A stretch of 64,000 nucleotides of DNA from the human T2T-CHM13v2.0 reference genome, Homo sapiens, in assembly GCF_009914755.1 (NCBI RefSeq), contig NC_060925.1; one strand, written 5' to 3'. The notes beneath the pieces were generated by a model. That model was not told where the DNA came from. It did not search any database and worked only from the letters and a program-made list of their open reading frames with translations. The position numbers were made by a program, and so were the translations under genes. Below, in pieces: positions 40,431 to 56,300 of the stretch (positions are counted from its first letter, which is position 1; each line of letters begins with the position of its first letter).

Positions 40431-43400
40431 ATGGAATCGTCATCGAATGAATTGAATGCAATCATCGAATGGTTTGAATGGAATGATCTTCAAATGGAAT
40501 GGAATGGAATCATCGCATAGAATCGAATGGAATTATCATCGAATGGAATCGAATGGAATCAACATCAAACGGAAAAAAACGGAATTATCGAATGGAATCG
40601 AAGAGAATCATTGAATGGACCCGAATGGAATCATCTAATGGAATGGAATGGAATAATCCATGGACTCGAATGCAATCATCATCGAATGGAATCGAATGGA
40701 ATCATCGAATGGACTCGAATGGAATAATCATTGAACGGAATCGAATGGAATCATCATCGGATGGAAACGAATGGAATCATCATCGAATGGAATCGAATAG
40801 ATTTATGGAATGAAATCCAGTGTGATCATCATCGAATGGACCCGAATGGAATCATCATCCAACGGAAGCTAATGGAATCAACATCGAATGAATCAAATGG
40901 AAACACCATCGAATTGAAACGAATGGAATTACCATGAAATTGAAATGGATGGACTCATCATCAAATGGATTCGAATGGAATCATCGAATAAAATTGATTG
41001 AAATCATCATCGAATGGAATCGAATGGTATCATTGAATGGAATCGAATGGAATCATCATCAGATGGAAATGAATGGAATCGTCATAGAATGGAATCGAAT
41101 GGATTCATTGAATGGAATCAGATGGAATCATTGAATGGACTGGAATGGAATCATTGAATGGACTCGAAAGGGATCATCATTGAATGGAATTGAATGGAAT
41201 CATCGAATGGTCTCGATTGGAATCATTATCAAATGGAATCGAATGGAATCACCGAATAGAATCGAATGGAACAATCATCGAATGGACTCAAATGGAATTA
41301 TCCTCAAATGGAATCGAATGGAATTATCGAATGCAATCGAATGGAATTATCGAATGCAATCGAATAGAATCATCGAATGGACTCGAATGGAATCATCGAA
41401 TGGAATGGAATGGAACAGTCAATGAACTCGAATGGAATCATCATTGAATGGAATCGAATGGAATCATCGAGTGGAATCGAATGGAATTATGATCAAATGG
41501 AATCGAATGTAATCATCATCAAATGGAATCAAAAATAACCATCATCAATTGGTATTGAATGGAATTGTCATCAAATGGAATTCAAAGGAATCATCATCAA
41601 ATGGAACCGAATGGAATCCTCATTGAATGGAAATGAAAGGAGTCATCATCTAATGGAATCGCATGGAATCATCATCAAATGGAATCGAATGGAATCATCA
41701 TCAAATGGAATCTAATGGAATCATTGAACAGAATTGAATGGAATCGTCATGGAATGAATTGAATGCAATCATCGAATGGTCTCGAATGGAATCATCTTCT
41801 AATGGAAAGGAATGGAATCATCGCATAGAATCGAATGGAATTATCATCGAATGGAATCGAATGGTATCAACACCAAACGGAAAAAAACGGAATTATCGAA
41901 TGGAATCGAAGAGAATCTTCGAACGGACCCGAATGGAATCATCTAATGGAATGGAATGGAATAATCCATGGACTCGAATGCAATCATCATCGAATGGAAT
42001 CGAATGGAATCATCGAATGGACTCGAATGGAATAATCATTGAACGGAAGCGAATGGAATCATCATCAGATGGAAACGAATGGAATCATCATCGAATGGAA
42101 ATGAAAGGAGTCATCATCTAATGGAATTGCATGGAATCATCATAAAATGGAATCGAATGGAATCAACATCAAATGGAATCAAATGGAATAATTGAACGGA
42201 ATTGAATGGAATCGTCATCGAATGAATTGACATCAATCATCGAATGGTCTCGAATGGAATCATCTTCAAATGGAATGGAATGGAATCATCGCATAGAATC
42301 GAATGGAATTATCATCGAATGGAATCGAATGGAATCAACATCAAACGGAAAAAAACGGAATTATCGTATGGAATCAAAGAGAATCATCGAATGGACCCGA
42401 ATGGAATCATCTAATGGAATGGAATGGAATAATCCATGGACTCGAATGCAATCATCATCGAATGGAATCGAATGGAATCATCGAATGGACTCGAATGGAA
42501 TAATCATTGAACGGAATCGAATGGAATCATCATGGGATGGAAATGAATGGAATCATCATCGAATGGAATCGAATAGAATTATGGAATGAAATCCAGTGTG
42601 ATCATCATCGAATGGACCCGAATGGAATCATCATCCAACGGAAGCTAATGGAATCAACATCGAATGAATCGAATGGAAACACCATCGAATTGAAACGAAT
42701 GGAATTATCATGAAATTGAAATGGATGGACTCATCATCGAATGGATTCGAATGGAATCATCGAATAAAATTGATTGAAATCATCATCCAATGGAATCGAA
42801 TGGTATCATTGAATGGAATCGAATGGAATCATCATCAGATGGAAATGAATGGAATCGTCATAGAATGGAATCGAATGGATTCATTGAATGGAATCAGATG
42901 GAATCATCGAATGGACTGGAATGGAATCATTGAATGGACTCGAAAGGGATCATTATTGAATGGAATTGAATGGAATCATCGAATGGTCTCGATTGGAATC
43001 ATTATCAAATGGAATCGAATGGAATCACCGAATAGAATCGAATGGAACAATCATCGAATGGACTCAAATGGAATTATCCTCAAATGGAATCGAATGGAAT
43101 TATCGAATGCAATCGAATGGAATTATCGAATGCAATCGAATAGAATCATCGAAAGGACTCGAATGGAATCATCGAATGGAATGGAATGGAACAGTCAATG
43201 AACTCGAATGGAATCATCATTGAATGGAATCGAATGGAATCATCGAATGGAATGGAATGGAACTGTCAATGAACTCGAATTGAATCATCATTGAATGGAA
43301 TCGAATGGAATCATCGAGTGGAATCGAATGGAATTATGATCAAATGGAATCGAATGTAATCATCATCAAATGGAATCAAAAATAACCATCATCAATTGGT

Positions 43401-43584
43401 ATTGAATGGAATTGTCATCAAATGGAATTCAAAGGAATCATCATCAAATGGAACCGAATGGAATCCTCATTGAATGGAAATGAAAGGGGTCATCATCTAA
43501 TGGAATCGCATGGAATCATCATCAAATGGAATCGAATGGAATCATCATCAAATGGAATCTAATGGAATCATTGAACAGAATTGA

Positions 43585-46500
43585 ATGGAATCGTCATCGA
43601 ATGAATTGAATGCAATCATCGAATGGTCTCGAATGGAATCATCTTCTAATGGAAAGGAATGGAATCATCGCATAGAATCGAATGGAATTAACATTGAATG
43701 GACTCGAATGGAATCAACATCAAATGGAATCAAGCGGAATTATCGAATGAAATCGAAGAGAATCATCGAATGGACTCGAATGGAATCATCTAATGGAATG
43801 GAATGGAATAATCCACGGACTCGAATGCAATTATCATCGTATAGAATCGAATGGAATCATCGAATGGACTCGAATGGAATAACCATTGAACGGAATCGAA
43901 TGGAATCATCATCGGATGGAAACGAATGGAATCATCATCGAATGGAAATGAAAGGAGTCATCATCTAATGGAATTGCATGGAATCATCATAAAATGGAAT
44001 CGAATGGAATCATCATCGAATGGAATCAAATGGAAGCATTGAACGGAATTGAATGGAATCGTCATCGAATGAATTGAATGCAATCATCGAATGGTCTCGA
44101 ATGGAATCATCTTCAAATGGAATGGAATGGAATCATCGCATAGAATCGAATGGAATTATCATCGAATGGAATCGAATGGTATCAACATCAAACGGAGAAA
44201 AACGGAATTACCGAATGGAATCGAAGAGAATCTTCGAACGGACCCGAATGGAATCATCTAATGGAATGGAATGGAATAATCCATGGACTCGAATGCAATC
44301 ATCATCGAATGGAATCGAATGGATTCATTGAATGGACTCGAATGGAATAATCATTGAACGGAATCGAATGGAATCATCATCGGATGGAAATGAATGGAAT
44401 CATCATCGAATGGAATCGAATGGAATTATGGAATGAAATCCAGTGTGATCATCATCGAATGGACCCGAATGGAATCATCATCCAACGGAAGCTAATGGAA
44501 TCAACATCGAATGAATCGAATGGAAACACCATCGAATTGAAACGAATGGAATTATCATGAAATTGAAATGGATGGACTCATCATCGAATGGATTCGAATG
44601 GAATCATCGAATAAAATTGATTGAAATTATCATCAAATGGAATCGAATGGTATCATTGAATGGAATCGAATGGAATCATCATCAGATGGAAATGAATGGA
44701 ATCGTCATAGAATGGAATCGAATGGATTCATTGAATGGAATCAGATGGAATCATCGAATGGACTGGAATGGAATCATTGAATGGACTCGAAAGGGATCAT
44801 TATTGAATGGAATTGAATGGAATCATCGAATGGTCTCGATTGGAATCATTATCAAATGGAATCGAATGGAATCACCGAATAGAATCGAATGGAACAATCA
44901 TCAAATGGACTCAAATGGAATTATCCTCAAATGGAATCGAATGGAATTATCGAATGCAATCGAATGGAATTATCGAATGCAATCGAATAGAATCATCGAA
45001 TGGACTCGAATGGAATCATCGAATGGAATGGAATGGAACAGTCAGTGAACTCGAATGGAATCATCATTGAATGGAATCGAATGGAATCATCGAGTGGAAT
45101 CGAATGGAATTATGATCAAATGGAATCGAATGTAATCATCATCAAATGGAATCAAAAATAACCATCATCAATTGGTATTGAATGGAATTGTCATCAAATG
45201 GAATTCAAAGGAATCATCATCAAATGGAACCGAATGGAATCCTCATTGAATGGAAATGAAAGGGGTCATCATCTAATGGAATCGCATGGAATCATCATCA
45301 AATGGAATCGAATGGAATCATCATCAAATGGAATCTAATGGAATCATTGAACAGAATTGAATGGAATCGTCATCGAATGAATTGAATGCAATCATCGAAT
45401 GGTCTCGAATGGAATCATCTTCTAATGGAAAGGAATGGAATCATCGCATAGAATCGAATGGAATTATCATCGAATGGAATCGAATGGTATCAACACCAAA
45501 CGGAAAAAAACGGAATTATCAAATGGAATCGAAGAGAATCTTCGAACGGACCCGAATGGAATCATCTAATGGAATGGAATGGAATAATCCATGGACTCGA
45601 ATGCAATTATCATCGTATAGAATCGAATGGAATCATCGAATGGACTCGAATGGAATAACCATTGAACGGAATCGAATGGAATCATCATCGGATGGAAACG
45701 AATGGAATCATCATCGAATGGAAATGAAAGGAGTCATCATCTAATGGAATTGCATGGAATCATCATAAAATGGAATCGAATGGAATCATCATCAAATGGA
45801 ATCAAATGGAATCATTGAACGGAATTGAATGGAATCGTCATCGAATGAATTGACTGCAATCATCGAATGGTCTCAAATGGAATCATCTTCAAATGGAATG
45901 GAATGGAATCATCGCATAGAATCGAATGGAATTATCATCGAATGGATTCGAATGGAATCAACATCAAACGGAAAAAAACGGAATTATCGAATGGAATCGA
46001 AGAGAATCATCGAATGGAGCCGAATGGAATCAACTAATGGAATGGAATGGAATAATCCATGGACTCGAATGCAATCATCATCGAATGGAATCGAATGGAA
46101 TCATCGAATGGACTCGAATGGAATAATCATTGAACGGAATCGAATGGAATCATCATCGGATGGAAATGAATGGAATCATCATCGAATGGAATCGAATAGA
46201 ATTATGGAATGAAATCCAGTGTGATCATCATCGAATGGACCCGAATGGAATCATCATCCAACGGAAGCTAATGGAATCAACATCGAATGAATCAAATGGA
46301 AACACCACCGAATTGAAACGAATGGAATTACCATGAAATTGAAATGGATGGACTCATCATCAAATGGATTCGAGTGGAATCATCGAATAAAATTGATTGA
46401 AATCATCATCGAATGGAATCGAATGGTATCATTGAATGGAATCGAATGGAATCATCATCAGATGGAAATGAAAGGAATCGTCATAGAATGGAATCGAATG

Positions 46501-47136
46501 GATTCATTGAATGGAATCAGATGGAATCATTGAATGGACTGGAATGGAATCATTGAATGGACTCGAAAGGGATCATTATTGAATGGAATTGAATGGAATC
46601 ATCGAATGGTCTCGATTGGAATCATTATCAAATGGAATCGAATGGAATCACCGAATAGAATCGAATGGAACAATCATCGAATGGACTCAAATGGAATTAT
46701 CCTCAAATGGAATTGAATGGAATTATCGAATGCAATCGAATGGAATTATCGAATGCAATCGAATAGAATCATCGAATGGACTCGAATGGAATCATCGAAT
46801 GGAATGGAATGGAACAGTCAATGAACTCGAATGGAATCATCATTGAATGGAATCGAATGGAATCATCGAGTGGAATCGAAAGGAATTATGACCAAATGGA
46901 ATCGAATGTAATCATCATCAAATGGAATCAAAAATAACCATCATCAATTGGTATTGAATGGAATTGTCATCAAATGGAATTCAAAGGAATCATCATCAAA
47001 TGGAACCGAATGGAATCCTCATTGAATGGAAATGAAAGGGGTCATCATGTAATGGAATCGCATGGAATCATCATCAAATGGAATCGAATGGAATCATCAT
47101 CAAATGGAATCTAATGGAATCATTGAAAAGAATTGA
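43585..47136 (+). repeat. Two canonical 1776-bp units (S 468 + L 1308), matching the 1.77-kb HSat2 period typical of chr1q12
   Basis: Module starts at 43585, 44053, 45361, 45829 and 47137 give 468+1308=1776 twice. The L tail has an EcoRI site (atgGAATTCaaagg, e.g. 1521-1526 in the first L). The chromosome 1 link rests on the known 1.77-kb EcoRI satellite II unit and is not proven by this window. Confidence 0.8.
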
Positions 47137-48419
47137 ATGGAATCGTCATCGAATGAATTGAATGCAATCATCGTATGGTCTCGAATGGAATCATCTTCTA
47201 ATGGAAAGGAATGGAATCATCGCATAGAATCGAATGGAATTATCATCGAATGGAATCGAATGGTATCAACACCAAACGGAAAAAAACGGAATTATCGAAT
47301 GGAATCGAAGAGAATCTTCGAACGGACCCGAATGGAATCATCTAATGGAATGGAATGGAATAATCCATGGACTCGAATGCAATCATCATCGAATGGAATC
47401 GAATGGAATCATCGAATGGACTCGAATGGAATAATCATTGAACGGAATCGAATGGAATCATCATAGGATGGAAACGAATGGAATCATCATCGAATGGAAA
47501 TGAAAGGAGTCATCATCTAATGGAATTGCATGGAATCATCATAAAATGGAATCGAATGGAATCAACATCAAATGGAATCAAATGGAATCATTGAACGGAA
47601 TTGAATGGAATCGTCATCGAATGAATTGAATGCAATCATCGAATGGTCTCGAATGGAATCATCTTCAAATGGAATGGAATGGAATCATCGCACAGAATCG
47701 AATGGAATTATCATCGAATGGAATCGAATGGAATCAACATCAAACGGAAAAAAACGGAATTATCGAATGGAATCGAAGAGAATCATCGAATGGACCCGAA
47801 TGGAATCATCTAATGGAATGGAATTGAATAATCCATGGACTCGAATGCAATCATCATCGAATGGAATCGAATGGAATCATCGAATGGACTCGAATGGAAT
47901 AATCATTGAACGGAATCGAATGGAATCATCATCGGATGGAAATGAAAGGAGTCATCATCTAATGGAATTGCATGGAATCATCATAAAATGGAATCGAATG
48001 GAATCAACATCAAATGGAATCAAATGGAATCATTGAACGGAATTGAATGGAATCGTCATCGAATGAATTGAATGCAATCATCGAATGGTCTCGAATGGAA
48101 TCAACTTCAAATGGAATGGAATGGAATCATCGCATAGAATCGAATGGAATTATCATCGAATGGAATCGAATGGAATCAACATCAAACGGAAAAAAACGGA
48201 ATTATCGAATGGAATCGAAGAGAATCATCGAATGGACCCGAATGGAATCATCTAATGGAATGGAATGGAATAATCCATGGACTCGAATGCAATCATCATC
48301 GAATGGAATCGAATGGAATCATCGAATGGACTCGAATGGAATAATCATTGAATGGAATCGAATGGAATCGTCATCGGATGGAAACGAATGGAATCATCAT
48401 CGAATGGAAATGAAAGGAG

Positions 48420-51400
48420 TCATCATCTAATGGAATTGCATGGAATCATCATCAAATGGAATCGAATGGAATCATCATCAAATGGAATCTAATGGAATCA
48501 TTGAAAGAATTGAATGGAATCATCATCGAATGAATTGAATGCAATCATCGAATGGTCTCGAATGGAATCATCTTCTAATGGAAAGGAATGGAATCATCGC
48601 ATAGAATCGAATGGAATTATCATCGAATGGAATCGAATGGTATCAACACCAAACGGAAAAAAACGGAATTATCGAATGGAATCGAAGAGAATCTTCGAAC
48701 GGACCCGAATGGAATCATCTAATGGAATGGAATGGAATAATCCATGGACTCGAATGCAGTCATCATCGAATGGAATCGAATGGAATCATCGAATGGACTC
48801 GAATGGAATAATCATTGAACGGAATCGAATTGAATCATCATCGGATGGAAACGAATGGAATCATCATCGAATGGAAATGAAAGGAGTCATCATCTAATGG
48901 AATTGCATGGAATCATCATAAAATGGAATCGAATGGAATCAACATCAAATGGAATCAAATGGAATCATTGAACGGAATTGAATGGAATCGTCATCGAATG
49001 AATTGAATGCAATCATCGAATGGTCTCGAATGGAATCATCTTCAAATGGAAGGGAATGGAATCATCGCATAGAATCGAATGGAATTATCATCGAATGGAA
49101 TCGAATGGAATCAACATCAAACGGAAAAAAACGGAATTATCGAATGGAATCGAAGAGAATCATCGAATGGACCCGAATGGAATCATCTAATGGAATGGAA
49201 TGGAATAATCCATGGACTCGAATGCAATCATCATCGAATGGAATCGAATGGAATCATCGAATGGACTCGAATGGAATAATCATTGAACGGAATCGAATGG
49301 AATCATCATCGGATGGAAATGAAAGGAGTCATCATCTAATGGAATTGCATGGAATCATCATAAAATGGAATCGAATGGAATCAACATCAAATGGAATCAA
49401 ATGGAATCATTGAACGGAATTGAATGGAATCGTCATCGAATGAATTGAATGCAATCATCGAATGGTCTCGAATGGAATCATCTTCAAATGGAATGGAATG
49501 GAATCATCGCATAGAATCGAATGGAATTATCATCGAATGGAATCGAATGGAATCAACATCAAACGGAAAAAAACGGAATTATCGAATGGAATCGAAGAGA
49601 ATCATCGAATGGACCCGAATGGAATCATCTAATGGAATGGAATGGAATAATCCATGGACTCGAAAGCAATCATCATCGAATGGAATCGAATGGAATCATC
49701 GAATGGACTCGAATGGAATAATCATTGAACGGAATCGAATGGAATCATCATCGGATGGAAACGAATGGAATCATCATCGAATGGAAATGAAAGGAGTCAT
49801 CATCTAATGGAATTGCATGGAATCATCATCAAATGGAATCGAATGGAATCAACATCAAATGGAATCAAATGGAATCATTGAACGGAATTGAATGGAATCG
49901 TCATCGAATGAATTGAATGCAATCATCGAATGGTCTCGAATGGAATCTTCTTCAAATGGAATGGAATGGAATCATCGCATAGAATCGAATGGAATTATCA
50001 TCGAATGGAATCGAATGGTATCAACATCAAACGGAAAAAAAAGGAATTATCGAATGGAATCGAAGAGAATCTTCGAACGGACCCGAATGGAATCATCTAA
50101 TGGAATGGAATGGAATAATCCATGGACTCGAATGCAATCATCATCGAATGGAATCGAATGGAATCATTGAAAGGACTCGAATGGAATAATCATTGAACGG
50201 AATCGAATGGAATCATCATGGGATGGAAATGAATGGAATCATCATCGAATGGAATCGAATAGAATTATGGAATGAAATCCAGTGTGATCATCATCGAATG
50301 GACCCGAATGGAATCATCATCCAACGGAAGCTAATGGAATCAACATCGAATGAATCGAATGGAAACACCATCGAATTGAAACGAATGGAATTACCATGAA
50401 ATTGAAATGGATGGACTCATCATCGAATGGATTCGAATGGAATCATCGAATAAAATTGATTGAAATCATCATCGAATGGAATCGAATGGTATCATTGAAT
50501 GGAATCGAATGGAATCATCATCAGATGGAAATGAATGGAATCGTCATAGAATGGGATCGAATGGATTCATTGAATGGAATCAGATGGAATCATCGAATGG
50601 ACTGGAATGGAATCATTGAATGGACTCGAAAGGGATCATTATTGAATGGAATTGAATGGAATCATCGAATGGTCTCGATTGGAATCATTATCAAATGGAA
50701 TCGAATGGAATCACCGAATAGAATCGAATGGAACAATCATCGAATGGACTCAAATGGAATTATCCTCAAATGGAATCGAATGGAATTATCGAATGCAATC
50801 GAATGGAATTATCGAATGCAATCGAATAGAATCATCGAATGGACTCGAATGGAATCATCGAATGGAGTGGAATGGAACAGTCAATGAACTCGAATGGAAT
50901 CATCATTGAATGGAATCGAATGGAATCATCGAGTGGAATCGAATGGAATTATGATCAAATGGAATCGAATGTAATCATCATCAAATGGAATCAAAAATAA
51001 CCATCATCAATTGGTATTGAATGGAATTGTCATCAAATGGAATTTAAAGGAATCATCATCAAATGGAACCGAATGGAATCCTCATTGAATGGAAATGAAA
51101 GGGGTCATCATGTAATGGAATCGCATGGAATCATCATCAAATGGAATCGAATGGAATCATCATCAAATGGAATCTAATGGAATCATTGAAAGAATTGAAT
51201 GGAATCATCATCGAATGAATTGAATGCAATCATCGAATGGTCTCGAATGGAATCATCTTCTAATGGAAAGGAATGGAATCATCGCATAGAATCGAATGGA
51301 ATTATCATCGAATGGAATCGAATGGTATCAACACCAAACGGAAAAAAACGGAATTATCGAATGGAATCGAAGAGAATCATCGAATGGACCCGAATGGAAT

Positions 51401-53300
51401 CATCTAATGGAATGGAATGGAATAATCCATGGACTCGAATGCAATCATCATCGAATGGAATCGAATGGAATCATCGAATGGACTCGAATGGAATAATCAT
51501 TGAAAGGAATCGAATGGAATCATCATCGGATGGAAACGAATGGAATCATCATCGAATGGAATCGAATAGAATTATGGAATGAAATCCAGTGTGATCATCA
51601 TCGAATGGACCCGAATGGAATCATCATCCAACGGAAGCTAATGGAATCAACATCGAATGAATCAAATGGAAACACCATCGAATTGAAACGAATGGAATTA
51701 CCATGAAATTGAAATGGATGGACTCATCATCAAATGGATTCGAATGGAATCATCGAATAAAATTGATTGAAATCATCATCGAATGGAATCGAATGGTATC
51801 ATTGAATGGAATCGAATGGAATCATCATCAGATGGAAATGAATGGAATCGTCATAGAATGGAATCGAATGGATTCATTGAATGGAATCAGATGGAATCAT
51901 TGAATGGACTGGAATGGAATCATTGAATGGACTCGAAAGGGATCATGATTGAATGGAATTGAATGGAATCATCGAATGGTCTCGATTGGAATGATTATCA
52001 AATGGAATCGAATGGAATCACTGAATAGAATCGAATGGAACAATCATCGAATGGACTCAAATGGAATTATCCTCCAATGGAATCGAATGGAATTATCGAA
52101 TGCAATCGAATGGAATTATCGAATGCAATCGAATAAAATCATCGAATGGACTCGAATGGAATCATCGAATGGAATGGAATGGAACAGTCAATGAACTCGA
52201 ATGGAATCATCATTGAATGGAATCATCGAGTGGAATCGAAAGGAATTATGATCAAATGGAATCGAATGTAATCATCATCAAATGGAATCAAAAATAACCA
52301 TCATCAATTGGTATTGAATGGAATTGTCATCAAATGGAATTCAAAGGAATCATCATCAAATGGAACCGAATGGAATCCTCATTGAATGGAAATGAAAGGG
52401 GTCATCATCTAATGGAATCGCATGGAATCATCATCAAATGGAATCGAATGGAATCATCATCAAATGGAATCTAATGGAATCATTGAAAAGAATTGAATGG
52501 AATCGTCATCGAATGAATTTAATGCAATCATCGAATGGTCTCGAATGGAATCATCTTCTAATGGAAAGGACTGGAATCATCGCATAGAATCGAATGGAAT
52601 TATCATCGAATGGAATCGAATGGTATCAACACCAAACGGAAAAAAACGGAATTATCGAATGGAATCGAAGAGAATCTTCGAACGGACCCGAATGGAATCA
52701 TCTAATGGAATGGAATGGAATAATCCATGGACTCGAATGCAATCATCATCGAATGGAATCGAATGGAATCATCGAATGGACTCGAATGGAATAATCATTG
52801 AAAGGAATCGAATGGAATCATCATCGGATGGAAACGAATGGAATCATCATCGAATGGAAATGAAAGGAGTCATCATCTAATGGAATTGCATGGAATCATC
52901 ATAAAATGGAATCGAATGGAATCAACATCAAATGGAATCAAATGGAATCATTGAACGGAATTGAATGGAATCGTCATCGAATGAATTGAATGCAATCATC
53001 GAATGGTCTCGAATGGAATCATCTTCAAATGGAATGGAATGGAATCATCGCATAGAATCGAATGGAATTATCATCGAATGGAATCGAATGGAATCAACAT
53101 CAAACGGAAAAAAACGGAATTATCGAATGGAATCGAAGAGAATCATCGAATGGACCCGAATGGAATCATCTAATGGAATGGAATGGAATAATCCATGGAC
53201 TCGAATGCAATCATCATCGAATGGAATCGAATGGAATCATCGAATGGACTCGAATGGAATAATCATTGAACGGAATCGAATGGAATCATCATCGGATGGA
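48420..53300 (+). repeat. Dispersed copy of ~25850-30730 (offset 22,572)
   Basis: Anchors 25942/48514, 26852/49424, 27824/50396, 28627/51199 and 29925/52497 all differ by 22572. Ends approximate. Confidence 0.8.
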
Positions 53301-56300
53301 AACGAATGGAATCATCATCGAATGGAAATGAAAGGAGTCATCATCTAATGGAATTGCATGGAATCATCATAAAATGGAATCGAATGGAATCAACATCAAA
53401 TGGAATCAAATGGAATCATTGAACGGAATTGAATGGAATCGTCATCGAATGAATTGAATGCAATCATCGAATGGTCTCGAATGGAATCATCTTCAAATGG
53501 AATGGAATGGAATCATCGCATAGAATCGAATGGAATTATCATCGAATGGAATCGAATGGAATCAACATCAAACGGAAAAAAACGGAATTATCGAATGGAA
53601 TCGAAGATAATCATCGAATGAACCCGAATGGAATCATCTAATGGAATGGAATGGAATAATCCATGGACTCGAAAGCAATCATCATCGAATGGAATCGAAT
53701 GGAATCATCGAATGGACTCGAATGGAATAATCATTGAACGGAATCGAATGGAATCATCATCGGATGGAAACGAATGGAATCATCATCGAATGGAAATGAA
53801 AGGAGTCATCATCTAATGGAATTGCATGGAATCATCATCAAATGGAATCGAATGGAATCAACATCAAATGGAATCAAATGGAATCATTGAACGGAATTGA
53901 ATGGAATCGTCATCGAATGAATTGAATGCAATCATCGAATGGTCTCGAATGGAATCTTCTTCAAATGGAATGGAATGGAATCATCGCATAGAATCGAATG
54001 GAATTATCATCGAATGGAATCGAATGGTATCAACATCAAACGGAAAAAAAAGGAATTATCGAATGGAATCGAAGAGAATCTTCGAACGGACCCGAATGGA
54101 ATCATCTAATGGAATGGAATGGAATAATCCATGGACTCGAATGCAATCATCACCGAATGGAATCGAATGGAATCATTGAAAGGACTCGAATGGAATAATC
54201 ATTGAACGGAATCGAATGGAATCATCATGGGATGGAAATGAATGGAATCATCATCGAATGGAATCGAATAGAATTATGGAATGAAATCCAGTGTGATCAT
54301 CATCGAATGGACCCGAATGGAATCATCATCCAACGGAAGCTAATGGAATCAACATCGAATGAATCGAATGGAAACACCATCGAATTGAAACGAATGGAAT
54401 TACCATGAAATTGAAATGGATGGACTCATCATCGAATGGATTCGAATGGAATCATCGAATAAAATTGATTGAAATCATCATCGAAAGGAATCGAATGGTA
54501 TCATTGAATGGAATCGAATGGAATCATCATCAGATGGAAATGAATGGAATCGTCATAGAATGGGATCGAATGGATTCATTGAATGGAATCAGATGGAATC
54601 ATCGAATGGACTGGAATGGAATCATTGAATGGACTCGAAAGGGATCATTATTGAATGGAATTGAATGGAATCATCGAATGGTCTCGATTGGAATCATTAT
54701 CAAATGGAATCGAATGGAATCACCGAATAGAATCGAATGGAACAATCATCGAATGGACTCAAATGGAATTATCCTCAAATGGAATCGAATGGAATTATCG
54801 AATGCAATCGAATGGAATTATCGAATGCAATCGAATAGAATCATCGAATGGACTCGAATGGAATCATCGAATGGAGTGGAATGGAACAGTCAATGAACTC
54901 GAATGGAATCATCATTGAATGGAATCGAATGGAATCATCGAGTGGAATCGAATGGAATTATGATCAAATGGAATCGAATGTAATCATCATCAAATGGAAT
55001 CAAAAATAACCATCATCAATTGGTATTGAATGGAATTGTCATCAAATGGAATTTAAAGGAATCATCATCAAATGGAACCGAATGGAATCCTCATTGAATG
55101 GAAATGAAAGGGGTCATCATGTAATGGAATCGCATGGAATCATCATCAAATGGAATCGAATGGAATCATCATCAAATGGAATCTAATGGAATCATTGAAA
55201 GAATTGAATGGAATCATCATCGAATGAATTGAATGCAATCATCGAATGGTCTCGAATGGAATCATCTTCTAATGGAAAGGAATGGAATCATCGCATAGAA
55301 TCGAATGGAATTATCATCGAATGGAATCGAATGGTATCAACACCAAACGGAAAAAAACGGAATTATCGAATGGAATCGAAGAGAATCATCGAATGGACCC
55401 GAATGGAATCATCTAATGGAATGGAATGGAATAATCCATGGACTCGAATGCAATCATCATCGAATGGAATCGAATGGAATCATCGAATGGACTCGAATGG
55501 AATAATCATTGAAAGGAATCGAATGGAATCATCATCGGATGGAAACGAATGGAATCATCATCGAATGGAATCGAATAGAATTATGGAATGAAATCCAGTG
55601 TGATCATCATCGAATGGACCCGAATGGAATCATCATCCAACGGAAGCTAATGGAATCAACATCGAATGAATCAAATGGAAACACCATCGAATTGAAACGA
55701 ATGGAATTACCATGAAATTGAAATGGATGGACTCATCATCAAATGGATTCGAATGGAATCATCGAATAAAATTGATTGAAATCATCATCGAATGGAATCG
55801 AATGGTATCATTGAATGGAATCGAATGGAATCATCATCAGATGGAAATGAATGGAATCGTCATAGAATGGAATCGAATGGATTCATTGAATGGAATCAGA
55901 TGGAATCATTGAATGGACTGGAATGGAATCATTGAATGGACTCGAAAGGGATCATGATTGAATGGAATTGAATGGAATCATCGAATGGTCTCGATTGGAA
56001 TCATTATCAAATGGAATCGAATGGAATCACTGAATAGAATCGAATGGAACAATCATCGAATGGACTCAAATGGAATTATCCTCCAATGGAATCGAATGGA
56101 ATTATCGAATGCAATCGAATGGAATTATCGAATGCAATCGAATAAAATCATCGAATGGACTCGAATGGAATCATCGAATGGAATGGAATGGAACAGTCAA
56201 TGAACTCGAATGGAATCATCATTGAATGGAATCATCGAGTGGAATCGAAAGGAATTATGATCAAATGGAATCGAACGTAATCATCATCAAATGGAATCAA

